Shown: positions 30,035 through 39,541 of the stretch, piece by piece
Numbering within the stretch: position 1 is the first letter of the stretch
How the letters are laid out: each line of letters begins with the position of its first letter
NCBI GenBank assembly: GCA_964526345.1
Contig: CAZGKI010000002.1
Coordinates: 102,705-166,704 of the forward strand
Source: an uncultured Rikenellaceae bacterium
GTDB taxonomy: Bacteria; Bacteroidota; Bacteroidia; Bacteroidales; VadinHA17
Length of the DNA stretch: 64,000 nt
Direction: 5' to 3'
Translations under genes and position numbers: made by a program
Notes under the pieces: model-generated
What the model was told of the DNA's origin: nothing
The model's input: only the letters and a program-made list of their open reading frames with translations
Database searches by the model: none

Positions 30035-30084
30035 GATGAGGGATTGAACTCACGGACCATGAAAAGAATAATTCAATATAGCAT

Positions 30085-30190
30085 GACCCATGCCCAGGTT
30101 AAAATCAGGTTCACATTCAGCGATTTAGTTTCTTCATACAAATCAGTTGATCTCAGGTTTTAAGTTAACACCGGGTATGGGTCTTCTTTT
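30085..30190 (+). other. Long-range stem enclosing about 77 nt, followed by a U-rich tail (candidate structured RNA or bidirectional terminator)
   Basis: gacccatgccc (30085-30095) pairs with gggtatgggtc (30173-30183), giving 11 bp including one G-T pair. That pair would be an A-C mismatch on the minus strand. ttctttt follows. Confidence 0.35.
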
Positions 30191-30202
30191 ATTATAACTC
30201 CA

Positions 30203-30853
30203 CTAATCATCAAATTTCAGATAGGATTTCACCTTTTCGGCTTTCTCAGGCGATATTATCTTATTTTCAACGAGCTCTCTTACATCTTCTACCCTGCCCT
30301 GCAATTCCCTGTACTTCAGAATAGCATTAACTTCAAATCTATCAAAATAAGGCAACCTGATAAGTTGCTTATAATCAGCACTATTCATATTGATCTTCCT
30401 AATATGGGATGGGTCACAGGTCAGTTTATCTGAAATAACATTATACGTTTCTTCTGAAAGTCCATACACTTCCTTCAGCTGCTCAACGGAAACATATCCG
30501 TTCAGAAGATTCCTGAACTTAATTATCCTTGATGCAAGAACAGGACCAATTCCCGGAAGAGCTTCAAGCGATGATGAATCACAGGTATTAATTTCAAGAA
30601 GAACTGATTGTTTTCTGTTACCGTTAATTATATTGCCACTTTTTGGAATGAATTTCTGATCTCGTGGCAGGGAATCTTTAGCAACCTCATTGAACCCAAG
30701 GTATGAAACCTCTACTTTCATGTTCTGTCCCGGAATAATAAACCTGGCTGTTGCAACCACTGCTATCATACAAAGCAGGATAAATGACGATCGTCTCTCC
30801 CGGCGGGTATAGCCAAACCAGTTTTTCAATGGTTCAAAGGAAAAATGTTTCAT
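30203..30853 (-). CDS. ComEA-like helix-hairpin-helix DNA-binding protein with N-terminal membrane anchor
   Basis: 216-aa ORF with one TM helix (SSFILLCMIAVVATARFII). The HhH motif is LEALPGIGPVLASRIIKFR, with a second HhH-like repeat near the C-terminus. Confidence 0.7.
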   Translation of the reverse strand: MKHFSFEPLKNWFGYTRRERRSSFILLCMIAVVATARFIIPGQNMKVEVSYLGFNEVAKDSLPRDQKFIPKSGNIINGNRKQSVLLEINTCDSSSLEALPGIGPVLASRIIKFRNLLNGYVSVEQLKEVYGLSEETYNVISDKLTCDPSHIRKINMNSADYKQLIRLPYFDRFEVNAILKYRELQGRVEDVRELVENKIISPEKAEKVKSYLKFDD

Positions 30854-30935
30854 AAAATTAGCAGTGAGACAACTGCAATATACAAATTTCCCTGGTTTTT
30901 ATTATGGTATTCCGGTACTTTTTTAGAAGGAGGTA

Positions 30936-33275
30936 TCAGAATGGGTATCCAATTGCAATGACAATAGTAAAATCTTTCTTGAAACTGTATGGCCCGTTTA
31001 AAGGTATCCACTTTGATCCTGAGGCTATTGCGGGATCCCGGAGTTTCATGCCAAGGTCAGCTCTTAACAGGACAAAACTGAAGTCGAACCTGAAGCCTGT
31101 TCCGACGCCAATAGCCATGTCTTTATAGAATTTCTTAAAAAGGAACTGTGAACCGGGCCGTGCGGTATCATAATTGAACGACCATATATTTCCTGCATCA
31201 AGAAAGAGAGCACTTTCCAGAATCCAGAAAAGCTTGAAACGATATTCAGCATTCGCTTCTATTTTAATATCTGCAGTCTGATTAAGGAATTCGCTATAAT
31301 CGGGAGTATAAGAACCGGGACCCAGAGTTCTCACCTGCCAGGCTCTGACACCATTGGCACCACCTCCGAAATATTGTTTCTCAAAGGGGATAGCTTTTGA
31401 ATTACCGTAAGGTATCGCCGCACCGACAAATCCCCTGTATACAATCGAACTGGCCGGGTTAAGAGTCATATTATATCTTAAATCTATATCAGCCCTGAAA
31501 TACTGGGCAAATGGCTGTCCAAAAAGAATATAACTGTCCTCGGTTTTTTTTGCCCCTGTTATTTTAAATATGGCATTGAGTAAGTTTCCAGATGCTTCAG
31601 CATTGACCCTCAGAAACGTGTGACTGGTTCTTTTTATCTTCTGGTTACTGAAGATATAGGAATAATTTCCTCCGAGGATCATCACATCCTTATAACTATA
31701 TGCAAGGTAAGAGGATGCTTCAATCTTGGCCTGGAAAGCAGAATCTATCGATAAAAGATCTACAATGTTAAACTGTACCGGGTTTACAATATGTGTTTTA
31801 TAGGCATTCCCTTCCCATCTATACCCGAAAGTGGCATTGGCCATAGTCCTGGTATAAAAGGGCATATTCTGATAGTCATAGGCTGCCAGCAGGTTTGTTG
31901 AAGGATTATATTTTCTAATAAATCCTTCGGTTGGAATAAAAGGTATCAGGAATTTAGGGAGCCTGAGGTTTGTTTCAATACCATATTCCTGTGTGCTGCG
32001 AAGGTTTGTATTCTGCTGTGAGATAGCTTCATAAGCTCCTTTCAGCTTAAGATCAAATAATTCGGCTCCATGAAAAAGGTTTTTATGCTGATAGATCAGG
32101 TTTAATGCTCCTCCCAGGTTACCTGAAGAGTTTGTGCCTTCAAGTTCCACCTTAAACGATTGCTGGCTCAGCAGGGTAAGCTGGATATTACAGTCGAGGA
32201 TTTTTTCTGAACCTGCTTCAGCTTCCGGATTTGGTACTTCATTATAGTAAATATTTACCAGCCTGAATGTTTTTAGAGCCAACAGGTGAGATTGTGTCTG
32301 TTCCGTATTTGAACCGTTATATCTCGACCCGGGCTTTAAATATAGTGACTGAATAATCAGATCGTATTTTATCTCAGGTTTTTCATCAGCTGATATAAAA
32401 TAGTAACCCTTATAGTCTATTGTATCCAGACGCTTCAGGTATGCCTCGCCTCCTTCAAGAGCATCTCTGGGAATAAAGTTCGGATATATATAAATATTTC
32501 TCACTTTATACAGGGAGTGAGGGACAAAAGATACCCTGCTGTTTGCATCAATCAACATAGCTTCCTTGACGCCGTAATGGATATCCACCTGCCTGTGGCC
32601 AACTGTACTGTCGACCCTGAAAAAAATATTATCACCGGAGAATCCATAATAACCTCTGTCTTTTATATAGCGCTCAAGACGCGACCTTTCTTTCTGCAGA
32701 ACATCAACATCGTAAGGCTTTCCCCTTTCGATCAGACAACTCACAGTGTCAAAATAGATCCACTTCCTGATTGTTGTGTCTTCTATTTCGTAAAACAAAT
32801 TACGTATTCTATAGGGTAATTTAAGGTCGACATTGTAATAGACTTTAGATTTCCGGTTGGCCGTTTCAATTGTCTCATTCACCTGGCTGTCAAAATATCC
32901 TTTAGAAGCGATAAATGACTGGATCTCATCCTTTGATTTTTCTGCTGAATAGGGATCAAATATTACCGGCTCCTCTCCTATCTCTCTCAGCCATTTGTGC
33001 GGCCATTTATCTTTGTCGATATTTGAAAGGTTATATAATCCGAGATAGAACCTGGCTCCAAAGATGCGTTTATTTGGTTTCTGCTTAATAAATGGGACCA
33101 GCTCTGTCTTTTTTATGCCCTCTTTGTTTACAATCACATGAACTTCATCAAGCAGGGTCTCGTCCCGTGGCACATATTTAGTTGGATTACAGGACGATAT
33201 AAACAGAGCTATAAGAAAAAAAAGGAGAATTAACCCCTGGAAAGATATATTTTTATTTGAAATAATTTTTTCCAA
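30936..33275 (-). CDS. Omp85 (BamA/TamA) family outer-membrane protein, lipoprotein-type signal
   Basis: 779-aa ORF with a signal peptide and lipobox (LFISSCN). The N-terminal half is POTRA-like and the C-terminal half is a beta-barrel ending in aromatic ..IAIGYPF. Confidence 0.8.
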   Translation of the reverse strand: MEKIISNKNISFQGLILLFFLIALFISSCNPTKYVPRDETLLDEVHVIVNKEGIKKTELVPFIKQKPNKRIFGARFYLGLYNLSNIDKDKWPHKWLREIGEEPVIFDPYSAEKSKDEIQSFIASKGYFDSQVNETIETANRKSKVYYNVDLKLPYRIRNLFYEIEDTTIRKWIYFDTVSCLIERGKPYDVDVLQKERSRLERYIKDRGYYGFSGDNIFFRVDSTVGHRQVDIHYGVKEAMLIDANSRVSFVPHSLYKVRNIYIYPNFIPRDALEGGEAYLKRLDTIDYKGYYFISADEKPEIKYDLIIQSLYLKPGSRYNGSNTEQTQSHLLALKTFRLVNIYYNEVPNPEAEAGSEKILDCNIQLTLLSQQSFKVELEGTNSSGNLGGALNLIYQHKNLFHGAELFDLKLKGAYEAISQQNTNLRSTQEYGIETNLRLPKFLIPFIPTEGFIRKYNPSTNLLAAYDYQNMPFYTRTMANATFGYRWEGNAYKTHIVNPVQFNIVDLLSIDSAFQAKIEASSYLAYSYKDVMILGGNYSYIFSNQKIKRTSHTFLRVNAEASGNLLNAIFKITGAKKTEDSYILFGQPFAQYFRADIDLRYNMTLNPASSIVYRGFVGAAIPYGNSKAIPFEKQYFGGGANGVRAWQVRTLGPGSYTPDYSEFLNQTADIKIEANAEYRFKLFWILESALFLDAGNIWSFNYDTARPGSQFLFKKFYKDMAIGVGTGFRFDFSFVLLRADLGMKLRDPAIASGSKWIPLNGPYSFKKDFTIVIAIGYPF

Positions 33276-33345
33276 ATTTTGTATTAAGAGTGTTACGCAA
33301 ATATATCAATAATAATATTTACTGATAAGGATAATTTTATCTTAA

Positions 33346-34131
33346 ATGGTAAGCAGTAAAAAGACAAACTTTATACTCTCCCTTCAGAAAAAAAAGGTGA
33401 GGGAGAAAGAGAGGCTATTTGTAATTGAAGGAGACAAACTGGTGAAAGAATTTCTTGCTGCCGGTAAGCAGGTTCATCTCCTGGTTGCCAAACCAGAATT
33501 TTTAAGCTCACTGCCTCATGAACAGAAGGAGGCAATTATTGAAACCATTACTGCAAGCTATGAGGAATTAAAAAAGGTCAGTTCGCTTAAAACGCCACAT
33601 AATGCCCTGGCAGTAATCCCTTTCAATGATATTGTTTTTAATCCTGATAACCTTTTTAAGGAGTTGTCGGTGGCACTTGATTTTCTTCAGGATCCGGGGA
33701 ATCTGGGTACTATTATCAGGGCGGCCGCGTGGTTCGGAATTAAAAACATCATCTGTTCAAAGGATTGCGTGGATGTGTATAATCCGAAAGTCATCCAGGC
33801 AAGCATGGGGGCAATTTTACGCGTTAACGTTTTTTATTCTGATTTGAAAGAATACCTGCATCTGGCAAATAAGAAAAAGGTACAGGTATTTGGTACTTTT
33901 CTTGAAGGAGAGTCAATATACTATCGTAAGCTTAATAATAAAGGAGTTATTATTTTAGGTAATGAATCAAAAGGTATTTCACATGAATTAATGCCGTTCA
34001 TAACAGATAAAATAATGATTCCCGGAGCCAATATGGCAATGCCGGGGATCGAGTCGCTTAATGCAGGAATGGCAGCTTCCATAGTTTTCTCAGAGTTTTC
34101 AAGAAGGGTGTTTTCCTCGCCAGAGAAATAA
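33346..34131 (+). CDS. TrmH/SpoU family RNA 2'-O-methyltransferase
   Basis: SpoU motifs DPGNLGTIIRAA, IILGNESKGIS and IPGANMAMPGIESLNAGMAASIV. Confidence 0.85.
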   Translation: MVSSKKTNFILSLQKKKVREKERLFVIEGDKLVKEFLAAGKQVHLLVAKPEFLSSLPHEQKEAIIETITASYEELKKVSSLKTPHNALAVIPFNDIVFNPDNLFKELSVALDFLQDPGNLGTIIRAAAWFGIKNIICSKDCVDVYNPKVIQASMGAILRVNVFYSDLKEYLHLANKKKVQVFGTFLEGESIYYRKLNNKGVIILGNESKGISHELMPFITDKIMIPGANMAMPGIESLNAGMAASIVFSEFSRRVFSSPEK

Positions 34132-34142
34132 AAGTATCTTTG
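34111..34142 (+). promoter_or_regulatory. Possible promoter for the ClC gene
   Basis: TTTT-N20-TATCTTTG. The -7 box is exact and the -33 box matches 3 of 4 positions. It would give a leader of about 145 nt. Confidence 0.35.
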
Positions 34143-34294
34143 CATTTTTTTAATGCCGGATGCAGCATTATAATTTTAATATGTATGGTATCCGGAATAT
34201 TGTGCATTGTGCAATTATTTATTGCAGAAATAATACTGAATGTAAAGAACGACTGAAAAATAATATTTGAGGCCTTTAAAACTATAACTTCTTA

Positions 34295-36571
34295 ATGAAA
34301 ATATTCGGATGGCTTTCCTTAAAGAGAGAATTTGATTTCAGATCTGCCGGCAGATGGTTATTGCTGGGTTCAGTTGTGGGTTTAATAAGTGGTCTGGGAG
34401 CCATCCTTTTCCAATCTTTACTCGTTTTTCTGAAGGAATTTTGTATAAACCATCTGATGGGATTAAATCCTATGATCCCTGGTGGTGAACAGGATGTATT
34501 ACATTTCGCAACAGGCATTTTTAACCCCTGGCTTATTGTTCTGCTTCCGGCACTGGGAGGACTGACAGCCGGATTACTGATATATAAATTTGCTCCTGAG
34601 GCCGAAGGGCACGGTACTGATGAAGCCATCAAGGCATTTCACCGCAAACGAGGTCTCATCCGGCCTTCGGTTCCGATAATAAAACTCCTGGCATCAGTAA
34701 TAACAATAGGGACAGGAGGATCTGGCGGGCGCGAGGGACCTATCGCCCAGATTGGCGCCGGCTTTGGAAGTTTCCTTGCTACACGTCTCAACCTCGATGT
34801 AAAAACACGCCGATGGTTGTTGGCCGCGGGAATGGGAGCAGGAATAGGCAGCATATTCAGAGCACCTCTTGCCGGTGCAATTTTTGCAGCAGAAGTCCTG
34901 TATTCTTCTGCCGAAGTTGAAGCTGAAGTACTTCTGCCGGCAGCTGTGTCGTCAATCATTGCTTTTTCTGTTTATTCTTTCCGCTATGGGTGGGATCATA
35001 TCTTTTCCAACGCAGGTCAGCATGGATTTACTCAACCGCTGGAACTTATTCCATATACCATTGAAGCCCTGATGCTTGCCTTTGCAGCCCTGATCTTTGT
35101 AAAATCATTTTATGGCGTTAAAAAAATTTTCAGTGAATGGAAAATTCCACCATATATTAAACCTTTCATCGGCGGATTGATGACCGGAGGACTTGTTTTA
35201 TTACTTATCACCTCAACCGGTGATAGAAAATACACCATTGATATAATGGGAGGAGGTTACGGAATTTTACAGGAGATTATGCAAAATGGCATCTCCAAAA
35301 TCGGACTTGGCATTCTTTTACTTGTTGCTGCCGGTAAGATCCTTACTACATCATTTACTATCGGTTCAGGAGGAAGTGCTGGGGTATTCGGACCTTCAAT
35401 GGTGATAGGCGGAACAATAGGTGCTGCCTCAGGTTATTTGCTTCAATATATTTTCCCGGGATTTACTCTATATCCTTCAACCTTCGCAATTGTTGGAATG
35501 GCAGGTTTTTTTGCCGCTGCCGCCAATACACCTATTTCCACAATCATTATGGTAAGTGAGCTGACAGGCAATTATGAGCTCCTCATGCCAAGTATGTGGG
35601 TATGTACCATTTCTTTCCTTGTTGCAAGGAAATGGAGTATCTACCAGAGCCAGGTTCCGGGTAAAATATACTCCCAGGCACACTACGGGGAATATGCACA
35701 CGACATTTTCAAGACCCTTACTGTGAGAAATACATACAACGGAGCTAAAAACAATAAGACACTTCAGGATGATATGCCTGCTGAAAATATTCTTTTAACC
35801 CTGAGAGACACCAAACAAAGAATGTTTCCGGTGATTAACAAAGATAAACAACTTGTCGGCACTTTCTATATCAAAGATATTCCTGTATTACTTAAGCAAT
35901 CTGAAAATAATATTAAAACGGTTGCAGATATTATGCAACGGCATATACTAAAGATTAGTCTGAATGAAACAATAGACAGGGCTCAGGAGATAATGCTTCT
36001 TAACCAGGTGGACGAACTGGTAGTTGTTGATGATTTTGACAACCCTGACAATGTACTTGGTATAATTACCACTGCTGATATCATGAAAGCATATAACCGG
36101 GAACTGAACCGGCTTAAATTCGGGAAGGAGAAACCCGAGGCTCTGCCTGGTGATGAATCATTACTTAAACATTTGAATCTGAACAAGGTACTCGAAAGAG
36201 GGTTCCTGACAATTGATCCGGATGCCACCCTCGGAGATCTTGTAAACATTTTTACCCGTGCAAAACGGAATATTTTCCCGGTTGTTGATAAGAATAGTCA
36301 ATACTTTGGAATAGTTATGTTAAACGATATCAGGAAGCTGCTGTTTGACGTTAGCAAGTATAAATCGGTGAAGATCAGAGATATTATGATCCAGACTCCT
36401 GAAATTGTACGCATTGAGGACCGGATGGAGCAGGTGATGAATAAGCTGGAAAAAACAAAGACATGGAATCTCCCGGTTATCGACAGCCGGAACCGGTATG
36501 TAGGTATGGTCTCCCAGTCGACACTTTTCTACTTCTATCGTAACCAGCTTCTGTACCAGACGGAAACCTGA
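34295..36571 (+). CDS. ClC-type chloride channel/transporter with four C-terminal CBS motifs
   Basis: 758-aa ORF with ClC selectivity motifs GSGGREGP, GIGSIFRAP and GVFGPS. The C-terminal region of about 300 aa has four CBS-like repeats (two Bateman modules). Confidence 0.9.
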   Translation: MKIFGWLSLKREFDFRSAGRWLLLGSVVGLISGLGAILFQSLLVFLKEFCINHLMGLNPMIPGGEQDVLHFATGIFNPWLIVLLPALGGLTAGLLIYKFAPEAEGHGTDEAIKAFHRKRGLIRPSVPIIKLLASVITIGTGGSGGREGPIAQIGAGFGSFLATRLNLDVKTRRWLLAAGMGAGIGSIFRAPLAGAIFAAEVLYSSAEVEAEVLLPAAVSSIIAFSVYSFRYGWDHIFSNAGQHGFTQPLELIPYTIEALMLAFAALIFVKSFYGVKKIFSEWKIPPYIKPFIGGLMTGGLVLLLITSTGDRKYTIDIMGGGYGILQEIMQNGISKIGLGILLLVAAGKILTTSFTIGSGGSAGVFGPSMVIGGTIGAASGYLLQYIFPGFTLYPSTFAIVGMAGFFAAAANTPISTIIMVSELTGNYELLMPSMWVCTISFLVARKWSIYQSQVPGKIYSQAHYGEYAHDIFKTLTVRNTYNGAKNNKTLQDDMPAENILLTLRDTKQRMFPVINKDKQLVGTFYIKDIPVLLKQSENNIKTVADIMQRHILKISLNETIDRAQEIMLLNQVDELVVVDDFDNPDNVLGIITTADIMKAYNRELNRLKFGKEKPEALPGDESLLKHLNLNKVLERGFLTIDPDATLGDLVNIFTRAKRNIFPVVDKNSQYFGIVMLNDIRKLLFDVSKYKSVKIRDIMIQTPEIVRIEDRMEQVMNKLEKTKTWNLPVIDSRNRYVGMVSQSTLFYFYRNQLLYQTET

Positions 36572-36575
36572 AATA

Positions 36576-37133
36576 TTAATAAACAAACGGTATAATTTTT
36601 TTTCTGTTTGACCTGAATTCAAGATATTCATCCCCGAATTCACTTTCAAGCAACTTCTCCTCAACAGAGATCCTGTAACTCAACCCGAGGAATACCGGAA
36701 CTATCACAATGATAAAGGAAATCAAGCTATTCATAGGCAAAGAAAGACCAGCCAGTATCAAGAGCAATCCAAGATAAGAAGGATGCCTTAAATATCTGTA
36801 CAGTCCATTTGTTTCAAGGCTATGCTCCTTATTTACTGCGACATTTACCGTAAAGCGCTGTTTTAATTGTATTATTGAGCTCCACCTTATTATCAACCCT
36901 GAAATGAATAATACTATCCCGGCTGAAGCTAGAATATAATTAACTGGATTCCAGCGATTATAATCAGCAAGGAAAAATCCGGTAGTCAGGCTGGAGATCA
37001 TTATTAACCATAATATTAAAAGCGAGCCCCTGTCTTTTCTTGTCTTTACAGATTCTGATTTTGAATGTTTAAAAATCACAAGTGCAATTTCCGAGATGCC
37101 AAATGCAAAAGACAAATAGATTATTATTTTCAT
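36576..37133 (-). CDS. Isoprenylcysteine carboxyl methyltransferase (ICMT/PEMT) family membrane protein
   Basis: 185-aa ORF with 4-5 TM helices. The signature is GLYRYLRHPSYLGLLL and the tail contains EE..L...FGDEY. Confidence 0.75.
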   Translation of the reverse strand: MKIIIYLSFAFGISEIALVIFKHSKSESVKTRKDRGSLLILWLIMISSLTTGFFLADYNRWNPVNYILASAGIVLFISGLIIRWSSIIQLKQRFTVNVAVNKEHSLETNGLYRYLRHPSYLGLLLILAGLSLPMNSLISFIIVIVPVFLGLSYRISVEEKLLESEFGDEYLEFRSNRKKIIPFVY

Positions 37134-37153
37134 AGCATTTTAGTATTTGTTTC

Positions 37154-37621
37154 TTAATAATTTGATCTTTTTATGAGGCTCACACGCACAGCCCATCCGA
37201 ATGATGTGGATGTTGAAATCCCTAAACCCTTAACTTTTTTGTTAAATGGGTACATTTCAGTTTTTGATGTTTTGGTGTCAACCTGAATGTAAAAATCAGG
37301 ATTCCCGTCAAAATCATAATCTATAGTATCCCTTATCTCTGCAGGAATAGTGCCGCGCCAGTCGAGCTGAACAAAACCAGTCTTCCTGTCACTTATCAAC
37401 CCTTTAAATACCGGTTTCCTTACATCGAGAGTACAGCTCTGTGTAACTATTTGTTTTTCAACCTCTCCGCCAGCATACCTGGGATGTATTTTCATAAAGG
37501 GGAGTTTTGATACTGAAGCAGAAAAGCCTGTCAGACCCGGAAATAAAACAATTATCAGGATGAGACTGAGGAACGCCCAGGTAATACCTGCAATAATTTT
37601 TATTTTTTTCATCTTGATCAA
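37154..37621 (-). CDS. Hypothetical N-terminally anchored protein
   Basis: 155-aa ORF with one N-terminal TM helix and then a soluble domain. I recognise no motif. It has a 2-nt gap to the upstream gene and a 20-nt gap to the downstream gene. Confidence 0.5.
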   Translation of the reverse strand: MIKMKKIKIIAGITWAFLSLILIIVLFPGLTGFSASVSKLPFMKIHPRYAGGEVEKQIVTQSCTLDVRKPVFKGLISDRKTGFVQLDWRGTIPAEIRDTIDYDFDGNPDFYIQVDTKTSKTEMYPFNKKVKGLGISTSTSFGWAVRVSLIKRSNY

Positions 37622-37623
37622 TC

Positions 37624-38775
37624 TTAGAATATTATTTTAAGCAAACTATGCAATGTTGAAATTATGGAGCCTGCGGAGAATACAGCCATGAAAAGAAATG
37701 AAACAAACAGGAAAAGGTTTCTTGAAAAATTCTTCAAAGTTCCTGCTGGTATACCTTTTATCCCGAAATGGATTGCATTCTTTGAGCAGGCATCGACACA
37801 TTTTCCGCACTTGCTGCAGAATATTGAAACTTTACCTTCTTTAATATTTTCCTTTGAAAGCGCATACATAGGACACACCTCAACACATTTAAAGCATTCT
37901 GTACAGGCATTTTTGTCAATTTTTATTGTGAAAGGAGTGATTTTGTTTGATACAGTATTGATTGCTCCCATAGGGCAAAGAAAACTACATTGAGTTCTTT
38001 TCTTTGTCATTGCCGGTAACACAACAACCAGCCCGGCAAACAGGCTAAAGAAAACACCAGCTTTGGCTGCCGACTCAACAGAGGTAACCTGTTCAAATTC
38101 AGTAACTGCTTTAAATGGACAGATCCAGTCGCAATAAGTTGGAACCAGCGATAGTGCAGCAGTGAGCGCTACCATCAGAAGAACAGCAAAAGGCATCCAT
38201 TTCCATATCACATTTATATTTTTTAAAAGAGGTTTTTTTCTCATCCTCGAAAAACCGTCGTCCCATCCACCATAAAAACAACCCCAGCTGCAAAATCCTC
38301 TTCCCAGCACAAGTGTTGCAACGCCCCACAGTACCAGCATGGATGAGATATTGGCAAAACCGTTCAGTATGCTTCCGGGAAAAATAATTGATTTAGAGAA
38401 GGCTGCCGGAAGTATCATCATAGGTATAACCAGATGGCAGAAAGGTATCTTACATTCCAGTATGTCTGCCTGGGAGAACGACATCGAGTTTCTCACTGCA
38501 ATCATATTTTTTATCAATGTGAAAGATAATGTCAGTGCGAAAATGATGAAAAGCACCACTCTGTACCTGTCAGTTTTTCCCGTGAAATGCATTAAAAAAT
38601 AGAGAACATTAACGAGAAGAAAAGCAACCAGGATCGACAGAGCGGAGGAGAGATCCGAAAAATCAGGTTTTCCTCCGGTCATGAACATGAATGTGATCAG
38701 GAACATCGGCAGTGTATATAACAGCGATTTCCCAAATGATTTTTTTGTACCCGCAATTTTTAAAACATTATCCAT
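37624..38775 (-). CDS. Membrane polyferredoxin (NapH/CcoG/YccM-like 4Fe-4S binding protein)
   Basis: 383-aa polytopic ORF. Cys motifs are CSWGC, CDWICP and CSFLCP. Two ferredoxin motifs follow: CTECFKCVEVCP and CSKCGKCVDAC. A C-terminal TM helix closes the protein. Confidence 0.8.
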   Translation of the reverse strand: MDNVLKIAGTKKSFGKSLLYTLPMFLITFMFMTGGKPDFSDLSSALSILVAFLLVNVLYFLMHFTGKTDRYRVVLFIIFALTLSFTLIKNMIAVRNSMSFSQADILECKIPFCHLVIPMMILPAAFSKSIIFPGSILNGFANISSMLVLWGVATLVLGRGFCSWGCFYGGWDDGFSRMRKKPLLKNINVIWKWMPFAVLLMVALTAALSLVPTYCDWICPFKAVTEFEQVTSVESAAKAGVFFSLFAGLVVVLPAMTKKRTQCSFLCPMGAINTVSNKITPFTIKIDKNACTECFKCVEVCPMYALSKENIKEGKVSIFCSKCGKCVDACSKNAIHFGIKGIPAGTLKNFSRNLFLFVSFLFMAVFSAGSIISTLHSLLKIIF

Positions 38776-39454
38776 TAATAATTCCTCCTATCAGATTAGT
38801 TATACCTTTTATCATAAATATGATTCCTGCCAGCCCTGTTGCCAGCAGTCCTATTGTTTTTAAAACTTCCTTCTTTCTTACTTTTCCTGCCAGAGGCAGA
38901 GGTAAAAACCAGATTGTAGAACCAATAAAGAATGCAAGAAAAGCTAAATAACTTTGAACTATAGTCCCTTGTGTGGCACTTTTAGTCAGAATAATAAATA
39001 ATGCCGGACAAAACCCAAAGCTGTTTACTATTCCCAGAAATATCGGAATAAGCTTATGATTATTGACAGTCGATACAATTTTTGCAGGGCATTCCGGATT
39101 TCTGCTTTTACCAATACTGTACCATACAAGCATAACCGCAAAAACAATGTACAATATTCCAGGAACAATATTTCGTACAACGGGATTACTGAAAAATACC
39201 TGTCCAAAATACCAGGCTATAGTAGCCAAAATGAAATATACTAAAAGTCTTGTAATTAAAAATAGTGAGAGATCAATTGTAATCCGCCTTACACCTGCCG
39301 ACCCGGCCATAAGGTAGGGAAACAATACCATTCCGCAGGTCGCCAGGCATGCGGAGCCGCTACTCAAACCAAGAATAAATGCATCAGTCATCGCTGGTTT
39401 TTTCTTCAAAATTATGAAGGCATCAGCTATCGCACAAGATAAAAGTGGCCACAT
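38768..39454 (-). CDS. DsbD_2/UreH-like (TauE-related) membrane protein with CxxxC motif
   Basis: About 6 TM helices. TM1 carries GLSSGSACLATCG and a later helix carries GFCPA. The more likely start is MTDAFILGL at 39391. The gene overlaps the next gene by 8 nt. Confidence 0.6.
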   Translation of the reverse strand: MWPLLSCAIADAFIILKKKPAMTDAFILGLSSGSACLATCGMVLFPYLMAGSAGVRRITIDLSLFLITRLLVYFILATIAWYFGQVFFSNPVVRNIVPGILYIVFAVMLVWYSIGKSRNPECPAKIVSTVNNHKLIPIFLGIVNSFGFCPALFIILTKSATQGTIVQSYLAFLAFFIGSTIWFLPLPLAGKVRKKEVLKTIGLLATGLAGIIFMIKGITNLIGGIING

Positions 39455-39541
39455 GACGTCAATTGTGGCATCAGGATAAAGTAAGGGGATGAAGTGCTAA
39501 AATCAGGGGTGAATAGTTAAATGGATTAATGAGAAATCAGT

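Noticed and set aside
29619-30202. A known housekeeping RNA (tmRNA, RNase P RNA, SRP RNA or 6S RNA) in the large spacer.
   Set aside because: I looked for a tmRNA acceptor/T-arm with CCA end, the SRP domain IV GGAA-type loop context and RNase P conserved regions. I found none. A 6S-like long irregular hairpin could not be drawn convincingly by hand.
34143-34294. A possible fluoride (crcB-motif) riboswitch in the long leader of the ClC gene.
   Set aside because: I could not find the conserved crcB-motif core segments in the leader. The channel also has chloride-type selectivity motifs (GSGGREGP) rather than those of the CLC-F subgroup.
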